The notes under the pieces are model-generated. The model saw nothing but the letters and a program-made list of their open reading frames with translations, was not told the origin of the DNA and did not search any database. The position numbers and the translations under genes are program-made. This document shows positions 37,801-46,126 of a DNA stretch of 64,000 nucleotides, piece by piece (positions within the stretch are counted from its first letter, which is position 1; each line of letters begins with the position of its first letter). The stretch is from a virus. Its lineage: Duplodnaviria; Caudoviricetes. The stretch lies in IMG/VR virus record IMGVR_UViG_3300046804_003398. One strand, given 5' to 3'.

Positions 37801-38098
37801 ACAAGTATTTACTGATTGGGACCGTTGGTGATCCTACTTGACCAGTTCCATTTGAAAATGCACGAACCCACGGAGTCATTGGACCTCTATAGGTTTCATG
37901 ATCCATTTGAAAATTAGTTACTGTGTTGACGCCAGCGTTTTGTCCTATGTTGACATTGTTCTTACGTCTACGAAGCTCACGAACCAACTGCCATGGAATA
38001 TTTTGTGCTTCCCACCATCTTACGTCTCTTTCAACGATATCAGATGATTGTGGTTTTGCCCATGTAGGTTGTAGTTGGACATTTGGTGTTGTTGCCAT
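34832..38098 (-). CDS. Large baseplate hub-like protein
   Basis: Follows the tape measure/tube-initiator/LysM genes. C-terminal LTFDGIFGFRMFQ...FMINEVDHQINAGKWETVVTA resembles the end of gp27/VgrG-type hubs. Confidence 0.6.
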   Translation of the reverse strand: MATTPNVQLQPTWAKPQSSDIVERDVRWWEAQNIPWQLVRELRRRKNNVNIGQNAGVNTVTNFQMDHETYRGPMTPWVRAFSNGTGQVGSPTVPISKYLLKNDKLPIYEGFVLSGGEGFNNAYGFKRQGNALVEDKAIIGYQANGNPHFIDTKYRTSTYYDAGAHCPGGLKFPQNSTVPSILPPPGITSINVKTNKDMMSNATINWQCYSLAQLEYMMPFWLSPKINVFLEFGWNLFNIDSLVPLDDVNECYKLILRPELALEKYYKSFGNYGLITGIISKYNFSTEDGFVYNCTTELISRQAMYAGYRADNPTVSQGDNKQEADTKEYVNLKDFFSNYLQFTKQVLESRENYINYLLDPKNTETLRKALSKQAKDEKKQQVQAQQTGLPGNFKPSNNFYSGKKENRVFMGRIQDVYKASKIPKKKTLSRADAATLGGRRNPTPGNPMPAGSRAAAAAAAGQRGTQTSGTPSPAGSRGAAAAAAGLRGNPVPVPVPNTSEVITYAPGESGPTNNGVAYKNVVSFADKSTDFDYEDGSNDEAWYQLDFVFEIINLFCAEPKTGNNNIDISDIIIGGHPNLISCDKDVLIPNPIAPKVNIGRAGPKGYLDQSDVSNNAFLDQYYWENYNSKINAGLKEEKDRAQKLKANSLDAECITTISSPLWKAALKARNTFKTGVAARDNLDTIINWLYYTIGGQGTNSAAFPFSQPKTVGSRTYQAHYYGYLKHIYISKSRLIEIGKDTELKTLEQIVNKILNIINDAVDNFWNLQTVRNENGGLSIIDKNLSLPREYEIYKFDIGSTSNVIKKIDFQVNLTNEQVNSVLYGSGQNAANNTAGQVTDILNNSNLNLIQKKDKITQIKTGLPSLNYADRFDSYQILDEVNKKLKEIDDQIRKERNEPPKQQSDSELNQTVPHGPIVDKNEEIRRIQTQGKQDEKVLVMRVRALLPGEDPYGPIEEKSYKTQILGIDNPFSGEVKTSIAKFGWVMLNLPPTLKGKLREMLDDSDTTNNNSKYSGPADNFTLTLTFDGIFGFRMFQHIAISNLPKPYVPGNVIFMINEVDHQINAGKWETVVTAMLRCCPDQNYKFINV

Positions 38099-38103
38099 AT
38101 AAC

Positions 38104-38394
38104 TTAATTTGCTTCTTTAAGATCCTGCATAATTTGTGGTAAATTGCCTGGTATTCTGACTTGCTTTCCAACTGGTATGGATAGTCTACCATTACCCAAA
38201 CCGTTAGCATTTGCAATTACCCACCAATAACTTTCATTACCATAATACTTTTTAGCTAAACTATCAAGATAATCTTCTTCACTAGCAGTAATATAAATAT
38301 CATTGACATCTGGTGGAATAACTGGGTAATATGTTGTAGCATATACTCGGTTTCCGTCCCAGCGCTTTTGGATCGGTGTAAATTGATATCTCAT
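38104..38394 (-). CDS. LysM/tail-X-like baseplate protein
   Basis: EDYLDSLAKKYYGNESYWWVIANAN...IPVGKQVRIP. Confidence 0.85.
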   Translation of the reverse strand: MRYQFTPIQKRWDGNRVYATTYYPVIPPDVNDIYITASEEDYLDSLAKKYYGNESYWWVIANANGLGNGRLSIPVGKQVRIPGNLPQIMQDLKEAN

Positions 38395-38403
38395 ACTGTA
38401 TAA

Positions 38404-40947
38404 TTATGGTGTTGCGGCAACATTAGTTTGATCAACACGGTTAATATCGTATCTAATATTTTGCGAAAACTTGTTGACCGAAGCATTGTCTTGTGACTTG
38501 TCTCCATAAAATTCGGTTCTTGGACCAGTCTCACCAATGTCTTCTGGATTAAAGATTTGAACTGGTGCATCACCCCATATAGCTTTTCCAACATATGGTA
38601 GATCTTTTTCAAGCACACTCATTTCAATCTGAATGTCTGCTGTTCTTGGGAATTGTGCTACACGACCAGTAGAGTTTCCTTTTCTTTGATCTATAGAACT
38701 GTTCAACAATGCTGATGAGTTTTCCCAAGATATTGCCTTGTTTGGACCATAATACCAACTTTGTCCGTTTTTACCGGCTTCTTCTGGTATTGTTTCCCAA
38801 CCAGCATCTTCTGGAATAGTTACGTTACAACTATTGATAACCACATTGTGATTCTTATAGAAATCACCCAAGGTCAATTGAACCATTGGTGACACCATAA
38901 AACCACCAAATTGACGAGCAGTATAGTTTGCCGGACGAGTCAATCCTACTAAATAATTGATTCTGTTCCACATTGGCATCAATTCTTTAATACTATGTGC
39001 GTTTACAGTGAAGTTGAAACTCACACTGCGGGTGAATCCTTTGTAGTAGTATAGCTTGTCCGCACGACCTAGATATTCAACTGTCTCCCAAGTTGCGTTG
39101 TTGTTGTCACTGATTGACTTGACCGTCGCATTGAATGGTATGTATTTCTTGTTTACAATGTCATAGAAATAGAACTTGATGATGTCTGGTCCATACACAC
39201 CAAACTTATCAGTGTTAGCATATAATTTGTCAAATTGATCCGCTTTCAAGACCTCTAACGCATTGACATAATCAACATTGTTTGTTGGACGAATATAACG
39301 ATCATTTGGTCCTTCTCCAAGACGAGTAGGAACCTTGTTTCCAGTTGTTTCATCCACTCTCCAACGACCTTGATATGTGTTGTTCTGTGGTGGATTTGGT
39401 GAGTTTAAGTTGTTAGGGTTTAGATCTTTTAAATAATCCATACCAACTTTACTTGAACCAAACTTAGCAAATTGAAGAGGTTGTAAACTGCTTCTATTGG
39501 CAGAATATTTCTCTTCGTTAGAACCCTTGATAGTATTGACTGAGGTATCAAGATTATTGATCAACCTTTGAACTGTTAGTGTCTGTGTATCAACAAACGT
39601 GTCATTGAAGTTCTTGGTGCCATCCATCAATGACTTGTAATTAAGAAGTTGATCACTTCTTTCTTGTTCACCATAATAACCTCTGGTGACCAACTTACCA
39701 TACTTCAACGAATTGTCTGATACTGAATTGTCGTTCTTCTCAGTGGTAATTTGATTACCTAAGAAAGGTTCAGATCCATTGTATAGACCAACTTCACCTG
39801 TAAGTGATGTAATGGTTGATGGCTGACTAGATTTGTATAAGTTACCAGTGATCGTCAACCTAGAAAGATTTGGCTTGTTCTTAGACTTATTGTAAAATCT
39901 TTGTGTTACTGCTTGTGAGTAATTAGCTCTTTTGCCAAATCCAATAGAATTCAACAATCCACTTAAAATACCACCGTTCTTGATTCCAGTTGAATTTGCA
40001 TCAAACAACTTACCAGCATTCAAATACAAATCATAGGTTTCTTCATCAGCACGAAACTTAGCTGCCCATGGTTGCTTTGGAGGAAGAATACCACCTACAA
40101 CAGTATTGTTCTGTATGAACTTGCCTACACCCGACAACAATCTACTAAAAAATGATCCCGCACCTTGACTCACCAAACGACTATATCTTGGTGAATTGTA
40201 TGCGTTTGTAGCAGTGTTACCTCTTAGAAGGTCTTTAACGTCTCCTCTTGCTATTGGCGCTACAACTTCGTTGGATCTATCACCACCACCAACAAGACTG
40301 GTAAGTGTGCTTAATCCAATACCGTTGCTAGCCGCACTGGCGACCGATGAACGTGGTGGAGGTGGTTGTGCTGGTGCTCCTCCGACCAAAGCACCTACGG
40401 TCGATACTACACTTCCAAGACCAATACCGTTGACAATACCACCAATAAGGTTACTGGTATCTATATGTCTTGTTGGCCAGTCCAATAGACCGAATGAAGC
40501 TGGTTTTAAAGCAGCAATCAATGGAGAACCTGGATTATAGACCTTGGTTTCATCAAACGACTGATATCCTTGTAGAATCAATTGTTTGACAATGAAACGA
40601 GTTCCTTTACCAGACCCCATGAATTTTCTAACCAAGTTAGCATCTTGGGTAGCAGCACGAACAAAACCCGTTACTTTTGATCGTTGACCTTGATTTGGGT
40701 TCTTATAGTCAAATCTGGACTTTAGTGCATCTGCCAAACCAACGTCTTCTGGTTTATTGATAGAATATAGTCGTTCAGCATTACCATTGCTTTCAAACAA
40801 TGCACGAAGTTTACCAGGCGATCTTATGTTGATAAAGTCGGCGGTGGGTGATGGTAGTCTTAGACCAGCACCTTGAATGTTTGCGAGTGTAGTGATTTGA
40901 TCACCACCACCAGTTAATCCTTCTACGAATGTTTGACTATTTGCCAT
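38404..40947 (-). CDS. Baseplate/tail-tube initiator-like protein
   Basis: C-terminal W.T..YLGRADKLYYYKGFTRSVSFNFTV...P.VQLTLGDFY is typical of tube-fold baseplate proteins; directly follows the tape measure gene. Confidence 0.65.
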   Translation of the reverse strand: MANSQTFVEGLTGGGDQITTLANIQGAGLRLPSPTADFINIRSPGKLRALFESNGNAERLYSINKPEDVGLADALKSRFDYKNPNQGQRSKVTGFVRAATQDANLVRKFMGSGKGTRFIVKQLILQGYQSFDETKVYNPGSPLIAALKPASFGLLDWPTRHIDTSNLIGGIVNGIGLGSVVSTVGALVGGAPAQPPPPRSSVASAASNGIGLSTLTSLVGGGDRSNEVVAPIARGDVKDLLRGNTATNAYNSPRYSRLVSQGAGSFFSRLLSGVGKFIQNNTVVGGILPPKQPWAAKFRADEETYDLYLNAGKLFDANSTGIKNGGILSGLLNSIGFGKRANYSQAVTQRFYNKSKNKPNLSRLTITGNLYKSSQPSTITSLTGEVGLYNGSEPFLGNQITTEKNDNSVSDNSLKYGKLVTRGYYGEQERSDQLLNYKSLMDGTKNFNDTFVDTQTLTVQRLINNLDTSVNTIKGSNEEKYSANRSSLQPLQFAKFGSSKVGMDYLKDLNPNNLNSPNPPQNNTYQGRWRVDETTGNKVPTRLGEGPNDRYIRPTNNVDYVNALEVLKADQFDKLYANTDKFGVYGPDIIKFYFYDIVNKKYIPFNATVKSISDNNNATWETVEYLGRADKLYYYKGFTRSVSFNFTVNAHSIKELMPMWNRINYLVGLTRPANYTARQFGGFMVSPMVQLTLGDFYKNHNVVINSCNVTIPEDAGWETIPEEAGKNGQSWYYGPNKAISWENSSALLNSSIDQRKGNSTGRVAQFPRTADIQIEMSVLEKDLPYVGKAIWGDAPVQIFNPEDIGETGPRTEFYGDKSQDNASVNKFSQNIRYDINRVDQTNVAATP

Positions 40948-40964
40948 TGTATATAAATATCAGA

Positions 40965-43625
40965 TTAGAAGGTTGCCTGACCAAGAGATCCTCTAGTATT
41001 AGCAGATTTTGCCAAAGCATAGTTGACCTGACGACCATCAAGATTGACTGCGATACCACCATTTGCCATCATTGTTGTCAATGTATCGATCTTTTGAGCA
41101 ACAAGTTCAAGACCTTGTTTGATTTCTTTTGTTTCATTACTTTTGTTAGCAGACGTTACTGCCGATACTGCGGCTAGAGCAGCTACATTACCAAGTTCTA
41201 TTTTTGGTAGTTCTATACCACTTAGTTCTTTTAATGAAGAAACTGCGGCTCTAATACCAGATGCTGATATTGCTAACAAACTCAATTGTGTTGTTACTCT
41301 GGTCAATTCTCTGGTTGGGAACAATATCAAAGCAGCTCCTAGTATTCCTAATGATGCTGATAGTGCTCCAACACCAGCAGCTGCCACAATTAACAATGGG
41401 GATACCAACGCCAACTTAACAAGTGGTCCAGCTACTCCACTTACAACAGTTGGTAGTTCTTTGAATATGTCCAACATTGTTTTGAATGCTGTTGTAATAA
41501 CACCTGAAACGATGGTTCCCAATCCTAGAATTACCCCACCAATTATACCAAGTGATGGTGTAACCATTTGTATAGCTTTAGCAAATCCAATTGCTGCAAG
41601 TGATGTTACAGCCAAGGCTCCAGCAAAGATCAACAAACCAGCACCAAGTGGTGAAGGTGGTGTCATCAATCCTGCAATTATAGCTAGTCCAGCACCAAGT
41701 ATTACTAAAGCGGCAGTAAATGCTAGTATTTGTGTTGCACTGGTTTGTCCAAGCATACTCATAGCATATCCTAATCCCATGGCTGCTCCAGTGATCAACA
41801 CCAACAATACTGCTAATTTTGCCATGTCACTCCACTTGAGTCCACCAACGGCAGTTCCTAAAGAAGTAATACCTCTTGATATGCCTTCAAGACCCTTACC
41901 AAGACCTTCACCAGCGACTTGAGCAGCTTTACCAAACATATTACCCAAGAACTCCAACACCTTGGTCAATCCAAACTTAAGTGTGTAGAACGCTACTAAT
42001 ACAGTTCCAACACCCACTGTGATTGCAATCAATACTTGTGACCAAGAAGCTTTGAATGAAAGTATAGCAGCTATAGCATTAAAGAATGCCGTTTGAACCG
42101 ACATTATTATTGCGTATACTGGTTGAAGTAACTTACCAAGATTCAACAATGCTTGTTCTTTTGCTTGTGCCAACTTTTGAGATTCAGCTTCAGCAGTCTT
42201 TTGTCTCAACATCAACTCAAGTTCTGCTTTACGTGCATCAGATCCTTTTTTCTCAAGAGATCTCAATTCCTCTTGAGCTTTCTTCATTTTCTTTGCTTCT
42301 TCTGGAAACAATCGTTCTGCTTCCAATAAGTTTTTCTTTTGAGTCTGAATCTTTTGTAGTTCAGAAAAATCTTTACCAGTAGCTTCAGCAAGTGCTTTAC
42401 GTTGGTTGTAATTCAACTTGTCGAGATCACCGACACGTTCAATTTCTTTTTGTAACGCTTTTTCAGCACCGATCAAATCACCAGCAAATGCCAATCTACG
42501 TGATTCATTGAAACTCAAATTTTGACCCAACAAAGCAGCTGCTTTTAGTTCGGCTCCAATTGATGACTCAAAATTTAATAATGCTTCGGCTGATTTTGCA
42601 GCTGCATCCAAACTAGTTCCAAGTTTTCTTGCTTCTGCGGCTTGTTTGATCAACTCAGTAGTGTTACCCTTGAAAATAGTTCTAACAGCACTGCTTGCGT
42701 TAGCCACATCTTTCATCACTTGACCCATTGGAACACCAGCAGCTTCGGCAGCCTTAGCAGCAATTACAGTCATTGCTTCTTGAGCCATTACTGATGTTCC
42801 TCCTACTTCGGCAAGTGTAGTTTGGAACTTGGTTGCTTCATCTACTGACAAACCAGTCAAACGACTTATGTTGGCTGACTCTTTACCGATTGTTGCCAAT
42901 TGAGTGTCAGTCAATGCGTATTCTTTTCTAATAGCAGTTACAGCTTTTAGAATCTCTTGGTTGGTTGCAAAGTTTGAACTTAATTCACCAGTGATCTTTT
43001 GGATAGTATCATACTGTCTGTTTATTTCATCCTTGGTAGTTCCTTGTGCTTTAGCCTGTTCACTCAATAAAGCATCATACTTTTCACCAAGAGAAATTAT
43101 GGTCGAATATACAGCACTAATTACTTCAAGTGTGTTTTTTTGTTTTTCTAAGTTCTTGAGTTGTTGATCTGTTGTATACTTCAGATTAAGTGCTTCAAAG
43201 TATATTCTTTGATACTCTTCATATGATCCCTCTAAAGAAGTTCTCTGTTTTTCTAAGTATGAAAGACGTTCTTGTTCGGATCTTGTCAAATTGTTTCTAT
43301 CACCATTTTCTTTCTGTTGAAGTTGCTGCATTTCTTCAAGTTGAGCGGTGATATTAAATAATTGATTCCGAGCCTTGTCCATTGTAGCCGCATATCCAGC
43401 AGATTGGTTTTTTAGTGCTTCATATCGAGCTGCCATTTGTGACAGAGTTTTGTCCATCAAAACAGCTGGATCTACAACACTTTGCATCTTTTTTCCAAGT
43501 TCATCGGCGTTTTTTGCCAACGACCCTAGTTTTTTCATGCCCTCATTAAGTTCTTTATTGAACTTGGTAGCTGCATTATCAAGTTCACTTCTGAGGTTGC
43601 GGAGGTCTGCTGTATAATCTGCCAT
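40965..43625 (-). CDS. Tape measure protein
   Basis: 886 aa, Ala/Leu/Gly-rich helical composition, hydrophobic C-terminal third, and IAVNLDGRQV near the end; lies downstream of the chaperone genes. Confidence 0.88.
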   Translation of the reverse strand: MADYTADLRNLRSELDNAATKFNKELNEGMKKLGSLAKNADELGKKMQSVVDPAVLMDKTLSQMAARYEALKNQSAGYAATMDKARNQLFNITAQLEEMQQLQQKENGDRNNLTRSEQERLSYLEKQRTSLEGSYEEYQRIYFEALNLKYTTDQQLKNLEKQKNTLEVISAVYSTIISLGEKYDALLSEQAKAQGTTKDEINRQYDTIQKITGELSSNFATNQEILKAVTAIRKEYALTDTQLATIGKESANISRLTGLSVDEATKFQTTLAEVGGTSVMAQEAMTVIAAKAAEAAGVPMGQVMKDVANASSAVRTIFKGNTTELIKQAAEARKLGTSLDAAAKSAEALLNFESSIGAELKAAALLGQNLSFNESRRLAFAGDLIGAEKALQKEIERVGDLDKLNYNQRKALAEATGKDFSELQKIQTQKKNLLEAERLFPEEAKKMKKAQEELRSLEKKGSDARKAELELMLRQKTAEAESQKLAQAKEQALLNLGKLLQPVYAIIMSVQTAFFNAIAAILSFKASWSQVLIAITVGVGTVLVAFYTLKFGLTKVLEFLGNMFGKAAQVAGEGLGKGLEGISRGITSLGTAVGGLKWSDMAKLAVLLVLITGAAMGLGYAMSMLGQTSATQILAFTAALVILGAGLAIIAGLMTPPSPLGAGLLIFAGALAVTSLAAIGFAKAIQMVTPSLGIIGGVILGLGTIVSGVITTAFKTMLDIFKELPTVVSGVAGPLVKLALVSPLLIVAAAGVGALSASLGILGAALILFPTRELTRVTTQLSLLAISASGIRAAVSSLKELSGIELPKIELGNVAALAAVSAVTSANKSNETKEIKQGLELVAQKIDTLTTMMANGGIAVNLDGRQVNYALAKSANTRGSLGQATF

Positions 43626-43652
43626 ATGTCAATTATACTAATAAATATCTAG

Positions 43653-43883
43653 TTATCTGAAACTAGGTCTATCTATTTTGCCTGACTTTGGCTGACTTGA
43701 AGACTGCTTTTGTGATTCTGCTTCTTTTTCCTTGGCTTCTATGAGTTTCTTGTAATAGAAGTTGCGAAGATATACAGGCAGATTGTATATCTCTGTTGGG
43801 AAGAATCCTCCGTTACCATAATAACAGAGGTCGAATATAACTTGTTGTATGTAAACCTTATACTCTTGAGTCAGGCCAAAAAA
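43653..43883 (-). CDS. Start-less frameshift extension of the tail assembly chaperone (gp51/lambda T-like)
   Basis: Open frame FFGLTQEYKVYIQQVIFDLCYYGNGGFFPTEIYNLPVYLRNFYYKKLIEAKEKEAESQKQSSSQPKSGKIDRPSFR*. It has no ATG, is bounded upstream by an in-frame TGA, and starts within the U7 run at the end of the upstream gene. Confidence 0.75.
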   Translation of the reverse strand, partial: FFGLTQEYKVYIQQVIFDLCYYGNGGFFPTEIYNLPVYLRNFYYKKLIEAKEKEAESQKQSSSQPKSGKIDRPSFR

Positions 43884-44661
43884 ACTGGACAGTCATTGGC
43901 ACTGCTGCCCTTTCTTCGGCACCGCATTCTTTACAACTGAACTCAAACGTTGCATCGATATCAGGTGTAATTTCTTTGATGTATTGACGTAGTGCAAGAC
44001 TGTCACGACTTTGCATATTGTCAATTAGAGACTTTAGTTTTGCTGGTTCGGTTTCACCATCAAACTCAATAACAGACTTCTTTAAACGTGAAGTAACCTC
44101 GGCTGATGACTTGTTGTTTAACTTGGCAAGTGCCGCAGTTTCACGTTCGATATCCTTTTCATCACTGTCAGTCATCAACTTGAACTTGACTACTGATTTT
44201 GAGTATGGAAGTGTGAATTCAAACACACTTGTGCCTGGTTCATACTTTGTTTCATCAAGTTCCTTTTCCTTGATTTCACTCAAATTGATATTGAGACGAT
44301 TGCTTGCTTGACACTTAGGACACGTAATATCTACTGGACCATAGTTGTCACCATAAGCAATACGACGAACCGCAAAGATAACCGCATTTTTGTCACCAAT
44401 CAAAAGATCGCTCGACTTGATGTTCTTGTCTACGATCAGTGACTCCAACAACTTGTCGATTGCCAATCCTTTCTTGAGAAGATTTGGGCTGGTGAGAATA
44501 TCTTCTTCCTTGGCAGTCATCATCTTTATTTCAATAGTTCCCTTTGCGAGAGGACTATTGGGTGGATAAAAATGACCTTTACTAGGAAGATCAATAGTTT
44601 CTGTTGGAAACGTAGTTTGTTGCTTGTTTGCCACTCTTTGTAAAACGATTTCGTCACTCAT
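43858..44661 (-). CDS. gp26: Tail/hub assembly chaperone (T4 gp26-like)
   Basis: IDLPSKG..Y, MTAKEEDIL, DLLIGD, CPKC and CKEC zinc-type pairs, ends QFFWPD. Confidence 0.75.
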   Translation of the reverse strand: MSDEIVLQRVANKQQTTFPTETIDLPSKGHFYPPNSPLAKGTIEIKMMTAKEEDILTSPNLLKKGLAIDKLLESLIVDKNIKSSDLLIGDKNAVIFAVRRIAYGDNYGPVDITCPKCQASNRLNINLSEIKEKELDETKYEPGTSVFEFTLPYSKSVVKFKLMTDSDEKDIERETAALAKLNNKSSAEVTSRLKKSVIEFDGETEPAKLKSLIDNMQSRDSLALRQYIKEITPDIDATFEFSCKECGAEERAAVPMTVQFFWPDSRV

Positions 44662-44706
44662 AAATTATAACAATACATAGAACCAATTGTATATTTTTGG
44701 ATATTT

Positions 44707-45498
44707 TTATTTTGGCTTGATCTTCTTTTGAGCGTCTTGGGCAGCTTTTGTTAAAATACCGGCTCTCACATTAATTTTAGCAATTGCGTCCTTAAACTTG
44801 GATTCTGGTCCAACCAAAGCATCCATAAACCCATTGTCTTCAGTCATTATTTTTCTGATCAATGCCTTGATTTTTCTTCTTTTGATTTCGTCCATAGATT
44901 TCTTCTTGGTTAATATGTTGTAAATACTCTTGACTACTCCAGTTTTTACGCCTGGATAATTTGTCTGAAAATTCTGAAAGTCTCCGTTTGCCAAATCTTG
45001 TCTTAATGTGCTAGCACTGATACTTTGTCCGTTTTTTTCATCGGTTCTACCTTGATAATTTGTTGGAGCGTCATCGGTCATTTCGATCACTGACACATTT
45101 TTTGGTGCTGTTGAACCGTCTTTTGTTGGTTTGGTTTTATAACGATCAACTGCTGCTTTAAATATCTTGCTACGTTTAGCATCTTCTGGACTCTTGGAAC
45201 TGGCTGCCAATGCGATGGTTTCATTACTATCTTTTGGTAGATTGAAAACATATCCAAATGCTGCGTTCATAGGGCTGTCATCGTTGACCGGCACAACCTC
45301 CACCTTGGGGTTTGTAGGCAATAGGTTCCATATTGCTACACTCTGTTGACGGTTAACTCCATCACGTTCACTTGGTCCTACCATCACAATTACTTTACCA
45401 ACATCACTTCGACTTGCAAATTTGTTGGCTAATCCAAGATGTCCAGCATGAGGTGGTTTGAATCCACCGGGTAGTAGCACAGTTACTTTATTGTCCAT
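44707..45498 (-). CDS. Cytidylyltransferase/NMNAT-like HxGH nucleotidyltransferase
   Basis: VLLPGGFKPPHAGH and ISASTLRQ motifs. Confidence 0.8.
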   Translation of the reverse strand: MDNKVTVLLPGGFKPPHAGHLGLANKFASRSDVGKVIVMVGPSERDGVNRQQSVAIWNLLPTNPKVEVVPVNDDSPMNAAFGYVFNLPKDSNETIALAASSKSPEDAKRSKIFKAAVDRYKTKPTKDGSTAPKNVSVIEMTDDAPTNYQGRTDEKNGQSISASTLRQDLANGDFQNFQTNYPGVKTGVVKSIYNILTKKKSMDEIKRRKIKALIRKIMTEDNGFMDALVGPESKFKDAIAKINVRAGILTKAAQDAQKKIKPK

Positions 45499-45514
45499 AT
45501 CAATAAATATACAT

Positions 45515-45550
45515 AAAAGAAAAAACCCTCCGCTTTTTTGACGGAGGGTT
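45515..45550 (-). terminator. Intrinsic terminator after the tail tube gene
   Basis: Stem AACCCTCCG/CGGAGGGTT with an A-run on its left (U-tract on the minus strand). Confidence 0.8.
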
Positions 45551-45573
45551 CAAAGGACATAAATGAACAGTAA

Positions 45574-46065
45574 TTAGTATTGGAGGATACAATAATCTGG
45601 TTGAACGGTCAAGTTGATCTTCATTGCTTCACCGTCGTTTGACCAGTCTAGTGAGTTGAACGTTGCTTCGGTGATGAACGAACCCTTGAGTGTCCATTCT
45701 TCTACCTTATCACCAACTGGACCTAGAACGTTGATGGTCAAGTCCTTCTTATAGAAGTCTTGGTAACCGTCACGACCAGTTACAGATTCATGGTGCAAAC
45801 GAACCCATTCCATTACAGCTTGAGCACCAGATGGAACAATTGGGTCATAAAGTTCCATTGTGATAGTTCCCCAGATACTCTTACCCTTGTAAAAAGTTCT
45901 GATGTTGATATGGTCAAGTTCCTTAGCTGTTTGTGTTAGTTTTGGACGGTCTGCCTTCTTGATGATGAATGAAGGAATGCCGTCACAATACAAGATAAAG
46001 CGGTTTTGAACCTTTGGCTCAAATGCTGTGTAAAAAATTTCTGATGGATTTAGTAATTCTGCCAT
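45574..46065 (-). CDS. gp19: Tail tube protein (T4 gp19-like)
   Basis: EPKVQNRFIL, W.TITMELYDPI, WVRLHHESVTGRDGYQDFYKKD, EEWTLKG.F. Confidence 0.88.
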   Translation of the reverse strand: MAELLNPSEIFYTAFEPKVQNRFILYCDGIPSFIIKKADRPKLTQTAKELDHINIRTFYKGKSIWGTITMELYDPIVPSGAQAVMEWVRLHHESVTGRDGYQDFYKKDLTINVLGPVGDKVEEWTLKGSFITEATFNSLDWSNDGEAMKINLTVQPDYCILQY

Positions 46066-46126
46066 AGTGTTATTCCTTTATGTCCTAGATATAAATATGA
46101 TTAAGATTCAATTCTTGTGATTTTTT

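Noticed and set aside
43870-43890. Lambda-type -1 frameshift at the chaperone U7 run
   Set aside because: The -1 frame hits TGA within four codons; only the +1/-2 frame is open.
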